Assembly (NCBI GenBank): GCA_027923505.1
Contig: BROI01000011.1
Location: 930,001 to 994,000, forward strand
Origin: Mayamaea pseudoterrestris
Lineage: Eukaryota
Length of the DNA: 64,000 nucleotides
Direction of reading: 5' to 3'
Below the pieces are notes generated by a model. That model was not told the DNA's origin. It saw only the letters and a list, made by a program, of their open reading frames with translations, and ran no database searches. Shown here in pieces: positions 9,966-20,225 of this stretch. The translations under genes were made by a program, and so were the position numbers. Each line of letters opens with the position of its first letter. The first letter of the stretch is position 1.

Positions 9966-11438
9966 ATGGCGCCAACAACCAAACCACGAATGTCATCGTA
10001 CAAGCCGGTCATGACCATTATCAGTGTGCGAAGGAAGCCGCCAAAGTCATGCCTACGAAGATGCTGCTCCTACTGCACAATACATTTTTGCGGTGCACTG
10101 GTGATAGTATCAGTCTTTGTCATTGCCGCCATTGGCTTGGAAATTCAACTACAACGTACATTGGGAGCGTCACAAATTGAGTCCGTTCAACAAGCATCTT
10201 CTTGGTGCGGCGACTGGACACCCTTTGGAAACATTGGTAACGAATCATACGACCCAGTTTTTAGTGAAGCTGTCGATCCAGCCATTCCATCTTGTACAAA
10301 GTCCAAAGTGGGCATGAAGTACAACAGCAAGGCGAACCTGTTGTATTGTTCGCCCGACTTGAAGGCCTTCAATCGAACGTCAGCTTACTTGGCGCTGGAT
10401 CTGCGCTTCAAGGACAAGCGACGACCAGAATACACAATATTGTCGCAGAGTCGATCCCTTGCCGACTTGTTGATGGAAACGACTCCAACGCTTTGCCAAT
10501 ACACGGCTGGAACGTGGGAAGCAGTCTTTGTTTTGGACGCCTCCATTGACGACAGCTTACAAGTACTTCATGAAGTGTTGACATCTCCCATGTGTCTACA
10601 ATCCGCGCTTGTTCGAGCACGAATCTACATGGAGCCCTTGCCGGGTATGCTGGAAACTTCCAGTCTCAACTTGGCCATGAGTGCGGCTCGACCGAGTCAC
10701 TACTACGTGCATGTGCCAGCCAATGTACTGATACAAGACGCGGGTTGGAATCGAGACTTGGCGCAACCGACTTTAGAGTACAATGATATATTTAGTGTGA
10801 GTGGGCAGTGTGGATCAAGTCTCGTCAAGAATTCTCGCAACGCCGCCGAGTATACGGTTGGTCGATGCACCAAAGAGTCGCAAGCCGAGTTTGTCAGTGA
10901 TGAGGACCGCAGGGATACCAAGCACGCCGTGTATGCGACGGAAACGAATACGCGCGGCCTTGTGCTTTGGAGAGCCGATGCCATTCGGGAGCTGGGTTAC
11001 TTGAATGAAGCCAACTTTTTCGAACGAGACAATGATGAAATGAATCGACGAGCCTACCTGCTAAGGGGTTGGTACTCTGCGTTCAAGCATGTGCAGTCGC
11101 TCACCTTGGATCATGAAGTTATTGCTGATGAGCTTGACGATGAAGATGGCTGGATGGAACGACATGTTTGGAAATACTTTCACAAGGACGCGAATCTTGA
11201 TCGCGATGTTGCATCGTCATCAACCTCCTCGCATATCATTCACTTGCCCGAGTCGGATCAATTGGCGCTGAGCAACTATCGAAGATTTCGATCAAAGAAG
11301 CCAAAGGTCTCTTGCGGTTCACTCGCTGATGAGGCATCACAAACCTTTCATCCGTACCATGCGCATGCTGAGAAGCGACGTTTGACAATGGACTACAATG
11401 TGAATGACCCCTTACCTCCTCTGCCGGCCATGATATAG
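9966..11438 (+). CDS. Type II membrane protein, probable glycosyltransferase family 2-like
   Basis: N-terminal TM (GALVIVSVFVIAAIGL); WEAVFVLDASIDDS and ELGYLNEANF segments resemble GT-A fold enzymes. Confidence 0.55.
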   Translation: MAPTTKPRMSSYKPVMTIISVRRKPPKSCLRRCCSYCTIHFCGALVIVSVFVIAAIGLEIQLQRTLGASQIESVQQASSWCGDWTPFGNIGNESYDPVFSEAVDPAIPSCTKSKVGMKYNSKANLLYCSPDLKAFNRTSAYLALDLRFKDKRRPEYTILSQSRSLADLLMETTPTLCQYTAGTWEAVFVLDASIDDSLQVLHEVLTSPMCLQSALVRARIYMEPLPGMLETSSLNLAMSAARPSHYYVHVPANVLIQDAGWNRDLAQPTLEYNDIFSVSGQCGSSLVKNSRNAAEYTVGRCTKESQAEFVSDEDRRDTKHAVYATETNTRGLVLWRADAIRELGYLNEANFFERDNDEMNRRAYLLRGWYSAFKHVQSLTLDHEVIADELDDEDGWMERHVWKYFHKDANLDRDVASSSTSSHIIHLPESDQLALSNYRRFRSKKPKVSCGSLADEASQTFHPYHAHAEKRRLTMDYNVNDPLPPLPAMI

Positions 11439-11573
11439 CCCTACGCACTCTGCATAATATGTAATTTACTGTAAAATAAGCATCTGTCATTCTATTATAT
11501 TGTTCTACTGTTTCCTGGAGGAAGCATCTATCGAGCATCTATGTAACGTAAGTCCCTAATCCCCTCGATTTAC

Positions 11574-12377
11574 TCATCCCATCGCAAGCAGCAACGCAAG
11601 TCCAGCGGTAAACAGCGCTGATCTTTCAGCTAATCTCGTCGATATTGCAGCAGACACTCTATCTTGAGTCGAAGCGTCGTCAATCGTCGTTCTCAAAGGC
11701 GATCGCGTCGGAGACACTTGGTCGTCGTTTGCAAACGGCGCCTCTGTGCCGTCATCCGTCCCTTGCTCCGCCACGCTGCTGCTGCTCGCACATTCCACGC
11801 TACATTCGACTCCATGTTGTTTGGCGTAGTTGCACTCGGCGTTGGATATCAATTCCTGCCGACAGCAGCAATCAGGTACATTGGCCGAGCAAATCTGCTC
11901 GGTCAATTGCTCGCACGATGCCTCTAACTGCACGTTCAAGCTCATTGCTGCGGAGCAATCTTCCTCCTGACTGCAGTCACCAAGATCCATACTGTTCCAA
12001 CACGAATTCAATGCAATGCCTTCTCCAGTGCACTCCTCAATTGAACTCGCTTGCACTACAAATTCGCAATCAATTTTGCAGTCTGGTATGTGGCATTCGG
12101 CCGCTTCAATCATTTGAGCTCCGCAACAACAGTCTGGTATTTGATGCTTGCAGAATAAGTAATTGGCGTGAAAGCAGGTTGCATCCGGTGGTAGTTGGAT
12201 GGCTTCGCATGGCGTGTTGGCGCACTTGCCGTACGATTCAAGGCAGTAGGATTGAGTGACAAACAAGTCGTGACAACTTGACTCGTCTGGTGCTAATGCT
12301 GCTGCTGTATGAATCTGGAAGCAAGTCATGACTGCAATGCTCAGCAAGTAGGCGAATTGCTTGTTTCCTAGTTTCAT
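11574..12377 (-). CDS. Secreted cysteine-rich protein with two 12-Cys repeats, probably GPI-anchored
   Basis: Signal peptide, two repeats each containing PDCCC, Ser/Thr linker, and C-terminal VSAA site followed by a hydrophobic tail (ALFTAGLALLLAMG). Confidence 0.8.
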   Translation of the reverse strand: MKLGNKQFAYLLSIAVMTCFQIHTAAALAPDESSCHDLFVTQSYCLESYGKCANTPCEAIQLPPDATCFHANYLFCKHQIPDCCCGAQMIEAAECHIPDCKIDCEFVVQASSIEECTGEGIALNSCWNSMDLGDCSQEEDCSAAMSLNVQLEASCEQLTEQICSANVPDCCCRQELISNAECNYAKQHGVECSVECASSSSVAEQGTDDGTEAPFANDDQVSPTRSPLRTTIDDASTQDRVSAAISTRLAERSALFTAGLALLLAMG

Positions 12378-12983
12378 AGTGAGCTTTCGAGTATGTTACT
12401 GTTGGCTTTTGCAAGAACGCCGAGTGCGCCAAGCAAGGAATCAAATTAATGAGAGAGTGAATGAGTTTCGTCGCTCGTTTCTTGGTCCTTCAGTCGGCTG
12501 TCGACAAAGTCACGATACTGCGTATTGCTACGATATCAAAAGAGACTATAAGAGTAGCCTCAATGCGTCAATGAGCGACAACAGGATGGTCCCTTTGACT
12601 GTTAAAAACGGTTGTGCCGACGCTGTGAATGCCGTCTCGCATGGTGTTGCGCGTCCATGGCCAGTCGTACCGCGCCACGTGAGAGGTCCGCGCCGGCCAG
12701 TGTCATTGCTTTTGGCGACGTGTCGATCGAGCTTGATCCCGCTAGATTGCGATCAGTGTTGACAACGTTTTAGCAAGATATAGTACACCTTTGTATATAA
12801 TACAAGTAAAAGGTTTTAAAGAAAAGTTTAGCTTACGACGATGGCCATCTTTTGTTCAGCTATCACTGACAATGGCCGATCAAACGAAACAACACTGCAT
12901 TAACTGTAAACAACATTGAACACCCTTGCATCGTGCACGCAGCATGTCCATCATTGAAGAGTAGATAAGAATCAGGCCAATAG

Positions 12984-14859
12984 TTAAATCTCCGTTTTGT
13001 GACCGCCTCGTCGTCCGTCGTCATTGCCATTCTCAGCCAAGGACATTTTCTTCAAGTCCTTCGTTGCGCCCGACATGGCCTTTTTAGCTTGCGCCGCCTT
13101 TTGATTCGCAGTGGCAGCAAGACGCTTTTGACGATCGAGTTCCTTTTGTCGTTCCTCCTCCACCTTGCGGGTCGTTTCCAGCAGTGGCGCCGTACCAGAG
13201 CTGGCAGCAGACTCGACGGAAGTATTGTTCAAGTTGCGTTGAGAAAATGTAGTCATTTTGCGCAGACTACTCACCCAGTCAATGGCAATCATGGCTGATC
13301 GCAGCTTCATGCGCGCATTAAACGTCTTTAATCTCTGCGAAGTGCCTTGCAGCATGATGGATCCAAGGCGATCGCGCGACGCCTTGAGCCACTCGTGTCG
13401 AACGGCATCCGCCGCAGTAATGCGCTTGCTCGGATCCAAGACTAGCAGTTGCGTCACTAAATCCTTGGCCTCGTCGGAAATTTCGTTCCATTCGTCATCG
13501 TCAAAGTCAAACTTGCCAGCGACAATCTTTCGAAATAGTTCCTTTTGACTGCGACCCATGAATGGCAAGTTTCCAGACAGCAGCAGATACACTATGCATC
13601 CGACGCTCCACATATCCGACTGTTGATCGTATCCTTTCCTCATGAGAATCTCTGGTGACACGAAAAAGGGTGTTCCGCACTGCTTCGACAGTGAGTTTGG
13701 CTCGTGGACGCGGGCGGCAAACCCAAAATCTGCCAGCTTGATAAATGAGTCATTATCGTCCGACATGAGGAGCAAATTCTTTGGTTTCATGTCACAATGC
13801 GCAATCTTTCTCGCGTGACAGTATGCGACAGCCTTGAGCATCTTGACAATCAAGTCGCGAGCGTCAGCCTCGCTGTATGACTTCTTTTTACCAATCCGAT
13901 CAAACAAATCTCCTCCACTCATCAATTCCATAATAATAAAGTAGCAATCTTTTTCGTCGAAAAAGTCAATAATGGGAACAATATGCGGGTGTGTCAAGCT
14001 CGACAGAATGGCCACCTCGTCGTAAATGGCAGCATCGTCAGCCGGAGGAAGGTCCTTTCGCAACACACATTTAATGGCCACCTTTCGACCAGTCGCTCGG
14101 TGCGTTCCACGACAAACTGTCGCAAATGAGCCCGACTTGAGCTGTTAAGTGAAATATAAAAAAGTATAGAGTTAGCTTGACGAACAAGCCAACAACGCGA
14201 TCAAAAACCGATCGTTCTCTACCGATACTTACCCTTGCATTCAACTGATAAACTTCTCTAAACGGCCTTCCTTGACAGCCTTCTGGAAAGTCTGGAAACT
14301 CAAACTTGACAATAGCCTTTCTCACAATGAGACTAAGCAGCTCAAAGGTTTGCTTGCCCTCTCGGTATCCCTTCAGTGGCGCCGCCAATGGATTCGGATC
14401 GACCGGTCCTTTTGGAACAAGCAAACAGTCGCAGACAAAGTTAGTCACTCCCTCTAGCTTGTTGCAAAATAGAATGACTTCCAGCGCATAATTCTTGTCG
14501 GCGTCGTTCAAAGCTGGATTGAACTCGAGTCGCCACTCGCAACCAGCCGCGTTGAAATCCTTGGATACAACGTCTTGATCGGGTCCTACAATTTCATCAA
14601 TGGCATCCTGAATCGACTCGACAAGCTTGGTAAGTGCCAATTCCTCCTTGAGCTCTGGTGATTCGCCCTTAATTTGAAGCAACAGGTCAAGGTTGGTGCG
14701 ATATGGCTTGTTGATTCCGCCTGGATTCTTTTTGATTCCCTTGCTTGAGTTGCCGCGTGAAAAGTCACAAAAGGATGGAAAGAGTCCGTCTTTTCTCTTT
14801 TGCAGCTGCGGCGTCATGTAGAGCGTTGGGCTCCGGGGAGGAGCCGGAGTATCAGACAT
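12984..14859 (-). CDS. CAMK-group Ser/Thr kinase with about 200-aa N-terminal extension, 2 exons (14859-14233, 14141-12984)
   Basis: A 91-nt GTAAGT...ACAG intron joins YQLNAR to LKSGSFATV...VAIK. HCDMKPKN, DFG, CGTPFFVSPE and a CaM-binding-like LKTFNARMKLRSA are present. Confidence 0.92.
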
Positions 14860-15319
14860 TGTTAATTTGTATTGTAGCAGCAGGTGCCTGCGAGCAAAAC
14901 GGTACGGAACGTCACGCTCGAGTGGGAGATGCGTGAGGATATTGTCTAGGCGTCCTCGATCAATTACTTCGCAAAAGTTGGACTAATTGCGCTTTAACAA
15001 TTGACTATGCAGGTAGAGACACCAAACCGAAAGTCTTCTTGCTGCTTGTTGAGGTAAAGACGCGCCTCACACCTTCCAATCAATCACTGCCATTGCAAGG
15101 CTGCGCGGACAATCAAAAATCAGATCGGTCACAGTCATTTCTTCCGGGTTTCTGTCTCAAACATAGCGTTTTCAAATAAAGCGCGATTGAAAAGTCTGTC
15201 GCCAAATCGCGCTTCCATCGGTTGGTCTTTCCTCGGCCTGCTGCAACGGCATTGTGTCTGGACGAATGGAACACTTCTTGTCCAAAGAGAGGCACTGGCG
15301 CGAATACACCCTTTTACAG

Positions 15320-15338
15320 CTCTCTCTCTATATATATA
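15320..15338 (+). repeat. Short (CT)n(AT)n microsatellite / TATA-like element upstream of the protease gene
   Basis: ctctctctctatatatata ending about 85 nt upstream of ATG 15422. Confidence 0.5.
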
Positions 15339-15421
15339 GGTTACTTGAAGCGTTGGCTACTGTCTTGATCACGTTGTCAAATCACTTCAGTCGACTTTCC
15401 TTTCAACGGAAGGAATCGACC

Positions 15422-17392
15422 ATGACAGGGACCGCCACGATGTTGTTTCGTCGAACAAGACTTTCAAAGCTTCTTTTTCTTTCACTATACTGCTCCAATC
15501 TGGTTACTACGACAGCTAATCCTGTTGTCATTCCGCTAGTTCCGCATCACAAGCAGCGCGCGCGACGCCACTTGCAGAATGTTGCATTTTCCAAGGTGAC
15601 TCGCCCCGTTCCTTGGCACGCTCGTCGCAACCTGGCCAACCAAGACAACGACGAAAACCACAAACATCAGGTTGCGGCACTCTACCAAGGCTACGGAACG
15701 CACTATGCGGACCTTTGGTGTGGTACGCCTCCGCAGCGACAAACCGTCATTGTCGACACTGGATCGGGCGTGACGGCCTTTCCCTGCAGTGGCTGCTCCG
15801 ACTGCGGCGTGCCGACCTATCATTTGGATGAATTGTTCAATTTTGCTGAATCAACGTCATATAGACAATTGACATGCAGTGAATGTTTGAAAGGGAGTTG
15901 TCGAGGATCGTCTCAGTGTCAAATCGGAATGTCCTATCAGGAGGGCTCGAGTTGGAGTGCCTACGAAGTGCAGGATTCATGCTACGTGGGTGGACTGCAC
16001 CATGAGGCAGTCACGGAGGCAGACGCCAATCGCAACGACGACTTGATTCATGATGCCTTGAATCCAATGCAGGCGGAGAATTTTGCCTTTCCACTTAAGT
16101 TTGGATGTCAAACGAAACTGACGGGGCTTTTTAAAACGCAACTGGCGGATGGAATCATGGGCATGGACAATGCCGACACATCCTTTTGGTCGCAAATGAG
16201 CAACAGCTTGTCTATCGTGGACCGAACATTTTCGTTGTGCTTTTCGCGTTCGCCGACGGCGTCGCGCGATGGAACTGGATCCGGCGCCATGACCTTGGGC
16301 GGATACGATGATCGCTTGCACGAGTCAACCATGGTGTACGCTGGCATTTCGAAAGGACAAGGCTTTTACAATGTGCAAGTTCGCAAAATGTATTTGAGAA
16401 CGGGTGGCGGCGAGTCGGCGCTTGGGTCTGGTTCTAAGGTCAAGGTGGTGCAGCTAAATATTGGAGAATATGACTTGAATCGAGGCAATGTCATTATTGA
16501 CTCGGGTACGACGGATACATACTACAACAGCGCCATCGGAAGAGAGTGCAAGAACGTCTACAAGAGCTTGGCAGGCAGTGATTTTTCTCATAACAGTATC
16601 ACACTCACGCATGATGAATTACTGGCGTTGCCGACAATTTTGATCCAGCTGCAAGGCGACGAAACGACCAATCGAATGATTGCCGAAAGTTCCGATGGAC
16701 CAGTCGTTGGCCTTGCTGGTGACCTTGACGCAGAATATCCTTACGATGTCATTCTTGCCATTCCTGCCTCGCATTACTTTGAATATGATGAGACTGATAA
16801 CAAATATACCAATAGATTCTACGTCGAGGAAGGCGGAGGAACAGTAATTGGCGCAAATTCTATCATGGGACATGACGTTTACTTTGACATTGACGGCTCC
16901 AGGGTTGGATTTGCGGAGAGCTCATGCGACTATGAAACGCTCGTTCAACCTTTTCTTGAGGCTGGACATATACTGCCGGCAGACAATGAATCCAGGCAAT
17001 CGGGACAAGCCACTGAGGGAGACGACGTTGCTGCTGGAGATGACACCACAAAAGATGAACCGAATAGCAATGGTGAAGGCGGAACAGATACAGCAACGGA
17101 TGACGATGGAGCTGACGATGGTACCACGCAATTGGACCCAAGCAGCACTGGAGAAACGGTCGATGATGAAAGCTTTTGCGATCAGTATCCTTGTCAGTCG
17201 TTGCTCGTCATGTGCGGCATGATGATCGTTTCAATGGTTATAATTACGCTCGTTCTGCGGCGGCGTAAGGGTCCACGGTACTCCGAAGCAACAATGTCGG
17301 AACTGGAGCTGAGAGTCACGTCTTCGGCAGACGATGACGAGGTTGACTTTTCCGATAGCTATCGGGATTTGCACGCGAGGGAGATTACGTGA
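15422..17392 (+). CDS. Membrane-anchored A1 aspartic protease, plasmepsin V/ASP5-like
   Basis: Signal peptide, VDTGS and IDSGT catalytic motifs, FPCSGCSDCG Cys insert, flap SYQEGS, acidic linker, C-terminal TM helix followed by RRRK. Confidence 0.92.
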   Translation: MTGTATMLFRRTRLSKLLFLSLYCSNLVTTTANPVVIPLVPHHKQRARRHLQNVAFSKVTRPVPWHARRNLANQDNDENHKHQVAALYQGYGTHYADLWCGTPPQRQTVIVDTGSGVTAFPCSGCSDCGVPTYHLDELFNFAESTSYRQLTCSECLKGSCRGSSQCQIGMSYQEGSSWSAYEVQDSCYVGGLHHEAVTEADANRNDDLIHDALNPMQAENFAFPLKFGCQTKLTGLFKTQLADGIMGMDNADTSFWSQMSNSLSIVDRTFSLCFSRSPTASRDGTGSGAMTLGGYDDRLHESTMVYAGISKGQGFYNVQVRKMYLRTGGGESALGSGSKVKVVQLNIGEYDLNRGNVIIDSGTTDTYYNSAIGRECKNVYKSLAGSDFSHNSITLTHDELLALPTILIQLQGDETTNRMIAESSDGPVVGLAGDLDAEYPYDVILAIPASHYFEYDETDNKYTNRFYVEEGGGTVIGANSIMGHDVYFDIDGSRVGFAESSCDYETLVQPFLEAGHILPADNESRQSGQATEGDDVAAGDDTTKDEPNSNGEGGTDTATDDDGADDGTTQLDPSSTGETVDDESFCDQYPCQSLLVMCGMMIVSMVIITLVLRRRKGPRYSEATMSELELRVTSSADDDEVDFSDSYRDLHAREIT

Positions 17393-17720
17393 GGAACTGA
17401 TACGTTTGGCGAATAAGGCTATGACGACGCATCGTTGTGCCATTACGCTTTTTAAATTTAGAATCATATTTGAAGCTACAACCTATAGGTAGCAATCGTT
17501 TGAGATAACCTCGTGAGGCATGGTAGAGGCACCGCAAGGGGCTGAACACAATGCTGGCAAGTGGTCGTTTAACTTCTATTTACGAAAACAAGATTCGTCT
17601 CTAGGATTGTAGCATAGCGTACAGATATCAGGCGGGAGGCAATGATGTGGTCACAGGTCACTGCTCGAATTTCTTGCTGGTATCTACTCTCGTGTTTTAA
17701 GTCAGCGTTATATCTTACGC

Positions 17721-19787
17721 TCAACCTCTATAACGCCGAGTAACTGCATGTGGTCGATTTGGGCTTCCTCCGTCGCCCCGGCTGTCGAGTATATTCGATT
17801 CCTCGAATGATCGGCTTCGTAGCGGCTCATTTGGCTCGTCGTCGTCCGTTTCCGTGTCACTTAACGCAGCCTTTGCAAGATGTAGCTGAAAGCCCTTGTC
17901 AGAGTGTCGGCGTTTGCGTCTACCACTTTGCTTCACATTAATCCATAACAATATTGTGAATGCGAAGCATATACCAATGACAAGCTGATATGTGCGACAG
18001 CGGATTGAACTGCAGAACGGATTGAGTATCGGCAAGGTAACGTTGCCTTCCACCAACTTGACGCTGGCAGAGTCGGTTTGTTGATGTACATTCATGATGC
18101 CATCTTGTGCGATCTTATATACACCAACAAGAGTATTTTCGTGCTCGTCCTTTCCGCCGTCATGCTTAAAATCGCTTTCGCGAGCCAATGCCGTCTCATT
18201 GCCTTGCGTGTCGCGGTCACTACGTACATCTCTCGTCGCAACAACATCCCGACTGTCTGCGACAAGTGCTTTGTAGTCGCACAAGCTTTCCGCCCATCCG
18301 ATTCGATGATTGTCAATATCAAAGAAAATGTCATGCCCCTGCATGGTGCTCGAACCCAAGGCTGAATCATATCCAGGATCAAAGTGGAACCGACTGTAAT
18401 AGCGATTCTTCTGTGGATTGTATTCGTAATAATGGGATGGCGGAACTGCCACTAGAACATCAAACGGATGCGCGGGGTCGAGCACTCCGGCAAGTCCAGT
18501 AAAAAATTCTTGATTTCGTAGCTTCTTTTGTTTGCTATTGTAAAATGCATCGCCCCGCAGCTGGAGCAGCATGGTGGGTAGACTATTTAGTTCTTCCTTT
18601 GTCAGTGTCCATTCCTTTTCTCGGCTAAAAATTTCTCCAGTAAGCTGCTTCCAGACACGTTGAAAGGGTGCTTCTAGCCGTTTGGTAAAGTAAGTGTCCG
18701 TCGCGCCAGAGTCAATGATAATTTCCTCCGCATTCAAATCATTTTCCGAAATGTTGAGATGATGTACCTTGAGACTCGCGTTTAAGCTAAGAGCTGAATT
18801 ACCACCACCTCCCTCGCGAAGGTATATTTTGCGAATAGTAACATAAAAGTACTCGGACTTTGACGACTTTGCAGTGCCTTGCGCAAACACCATGGGCGAG
18901 GTGTGGAGGCGTCGTTCAACCCCGCCCATTGTCATGACTCCTGCCAAGGCCGTTCCATCCGTGGAAGGTTTCAAAGATCGACCAAAGCACAAGGAAAATG
19001 ATATATGTTGGATTGCTCCGGAATTGTAAACTTGTTGCCAAAGAGAGGCACTGCTGTATTCAAGTCCAACAATTCCATCTTCGAGTTGCGATTGGAACGC
19101 CCCGGACACTGAGGTTTGGCATGCAAATTTAAGAGGAAACCGTTGAGGCTGGTTTATTACTAGCTGAGTTTGCGCTTCCATGTCTGTCATGTTACTGTTT
19201 GAGCTAATCATTCCATGTTTCTGCAGTCGATCAAGTGCCCAGTCTCCAATGTGACAAACGTCGCTAGCCTCCTTGGCTTTCCAACCACTGCCTTCTCGAT
19301 AAGATGCCTCCATACGACAGTGGCCGGGCATGTTTCTCAAGTTCTTGGTGCATTTTCCTCGTAGGCAGTTTTGACAAGTCAGTTCTTTATAACTGCTTGA
19401 GAGCATTGGGTCAAAGTAGTTATGCTGCGTTCCGCAGTTTCGGCAATTTTGGCAAACAAAGCCTGTAACATCGCTACCTGTATCAATAATGAGTGTTTGG
19501 CGTTGCGGTGGTGTTCCACAATGTAGATTGATAAAATGAGTTCCATAGCCTTGAAAAATGGAAGCAATGATAATGGAGGTATTTGTTGGTTCGAGTTGAT
19601 GTATACCGGTACTAGCTGATTGTGCGGCGACTGCGGCAAGTGTAGCATTTTCGCTGACAGAAAGCAAAATGCGAGGCAAACGTATTATTATTACTCCTTT
19701 TTTGTACAAGATGACAAGAGCAATGGCGAAGAGCCAGCATAAATGGAGCTTTCGTCGAATCTTGAGGTGCCAGCAGAATTGACTCAT
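17721..19787 (-). CDS. Second membrane-anchored A1 aspartic protease (paralogue, tail-to-tail)
   Basis: GYGTH...CGTPPQRQT, IDTGS, IDSGAT, flap SYREGS, C-terminal TM helix. Start uncertain (MSQFCW at 19787; ORF is open to 19877). Confidence 0.9.
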   Translation of the reverse strand: MSQFCWHLKIRRKLHLCWLFAIALVILYKKGVIIIRLPRILLSVSENATLAAVAAQSASTGIHQLEPTNTSIIIASIFQGYGTHFINLHCGTPPQRQTLIIDTGSDVTGFVCQNCRNCGTQHNYFDPMLSSSYKELTCQNCLRGKCTKNLRNMPGHCRMEASYREGSGWKAKEASDVCHIGDWALDRLQKHGMISSNSNMTDMEAQTQLVINQPQRFPLKFACQTSVSGAFQSQLEDGIVGLEYSSASLWQQVYNSGAIQHISFSLCFGRSLKPSTDGTALAGVMTMGGVERRLHTSPMVFAQGTAKSSKSEYFYVTIRKIYLREGGGGNSALSLNASLKVHHLNISENDLNAEEIIIDSGATDTYFTKRLEAPFQRVWKQLTGEIFSREKEWTLTKEELNSLPTMLLQLRGDAFYNSKQKKLRNQEFFTGLAGVLDPAHPFDVLVAVPPSHYYEYNPQKNRYYSRFHFDPGYDSALGSSTMQGHDIFFDIDNHRIGWAESLCDYKALVADSRDVVATRDVRSDRDTQGNETALARESDFKHDGGKDEHENTLVGVYKIAQDGIMNVHQQTDSASVKLVEGNVTLPILNPFCSSIRCRTYQLVIGICFAFTILLWINVKQSGRRKRRHSDKGFQLHLAKAALSDTETDDDEPNEPLRSRSFEESNILDSRGDGGSPNRPHAVTRRYRG

Positions 19788-20225
19788 CGATCGAGAAAGT
19801 CGAAAGTTTATCACAAACAGTCCAGTCACGTTGGAAGTGACGACGAACAAACTATCCCGTCGATTGATAGTATGCAACAGCGTCGGCGCGTTGTGCTAGC
19901 TATACCTTGCAGGCTCAGTTGATGCTCATTGATCATGCCATGGCGACGCATCGCCCACCAGCTACGTTGTCGCAACGCAATCTTACCGGTATTCGCCGAC
20001 TGCTTTCAAAGTGTGTGTGAACGTTGAAAAGAAAAAATGTGTCGCCTCGCTCGCGTGCCATAAGTAAAAAGAGTTCACTTGCGATTTGATACCATCTCCT
20101 TTGCTTGAATTCTCTCGACATCCGACAACTGGACGCTCCAAACTAATCCAGCAACAATAAGCGCAACAATTGGGACAACCAACCGAAGAATCGCTTAATA
20201 ACTTCTTTGATATGATCGTGGTGTA

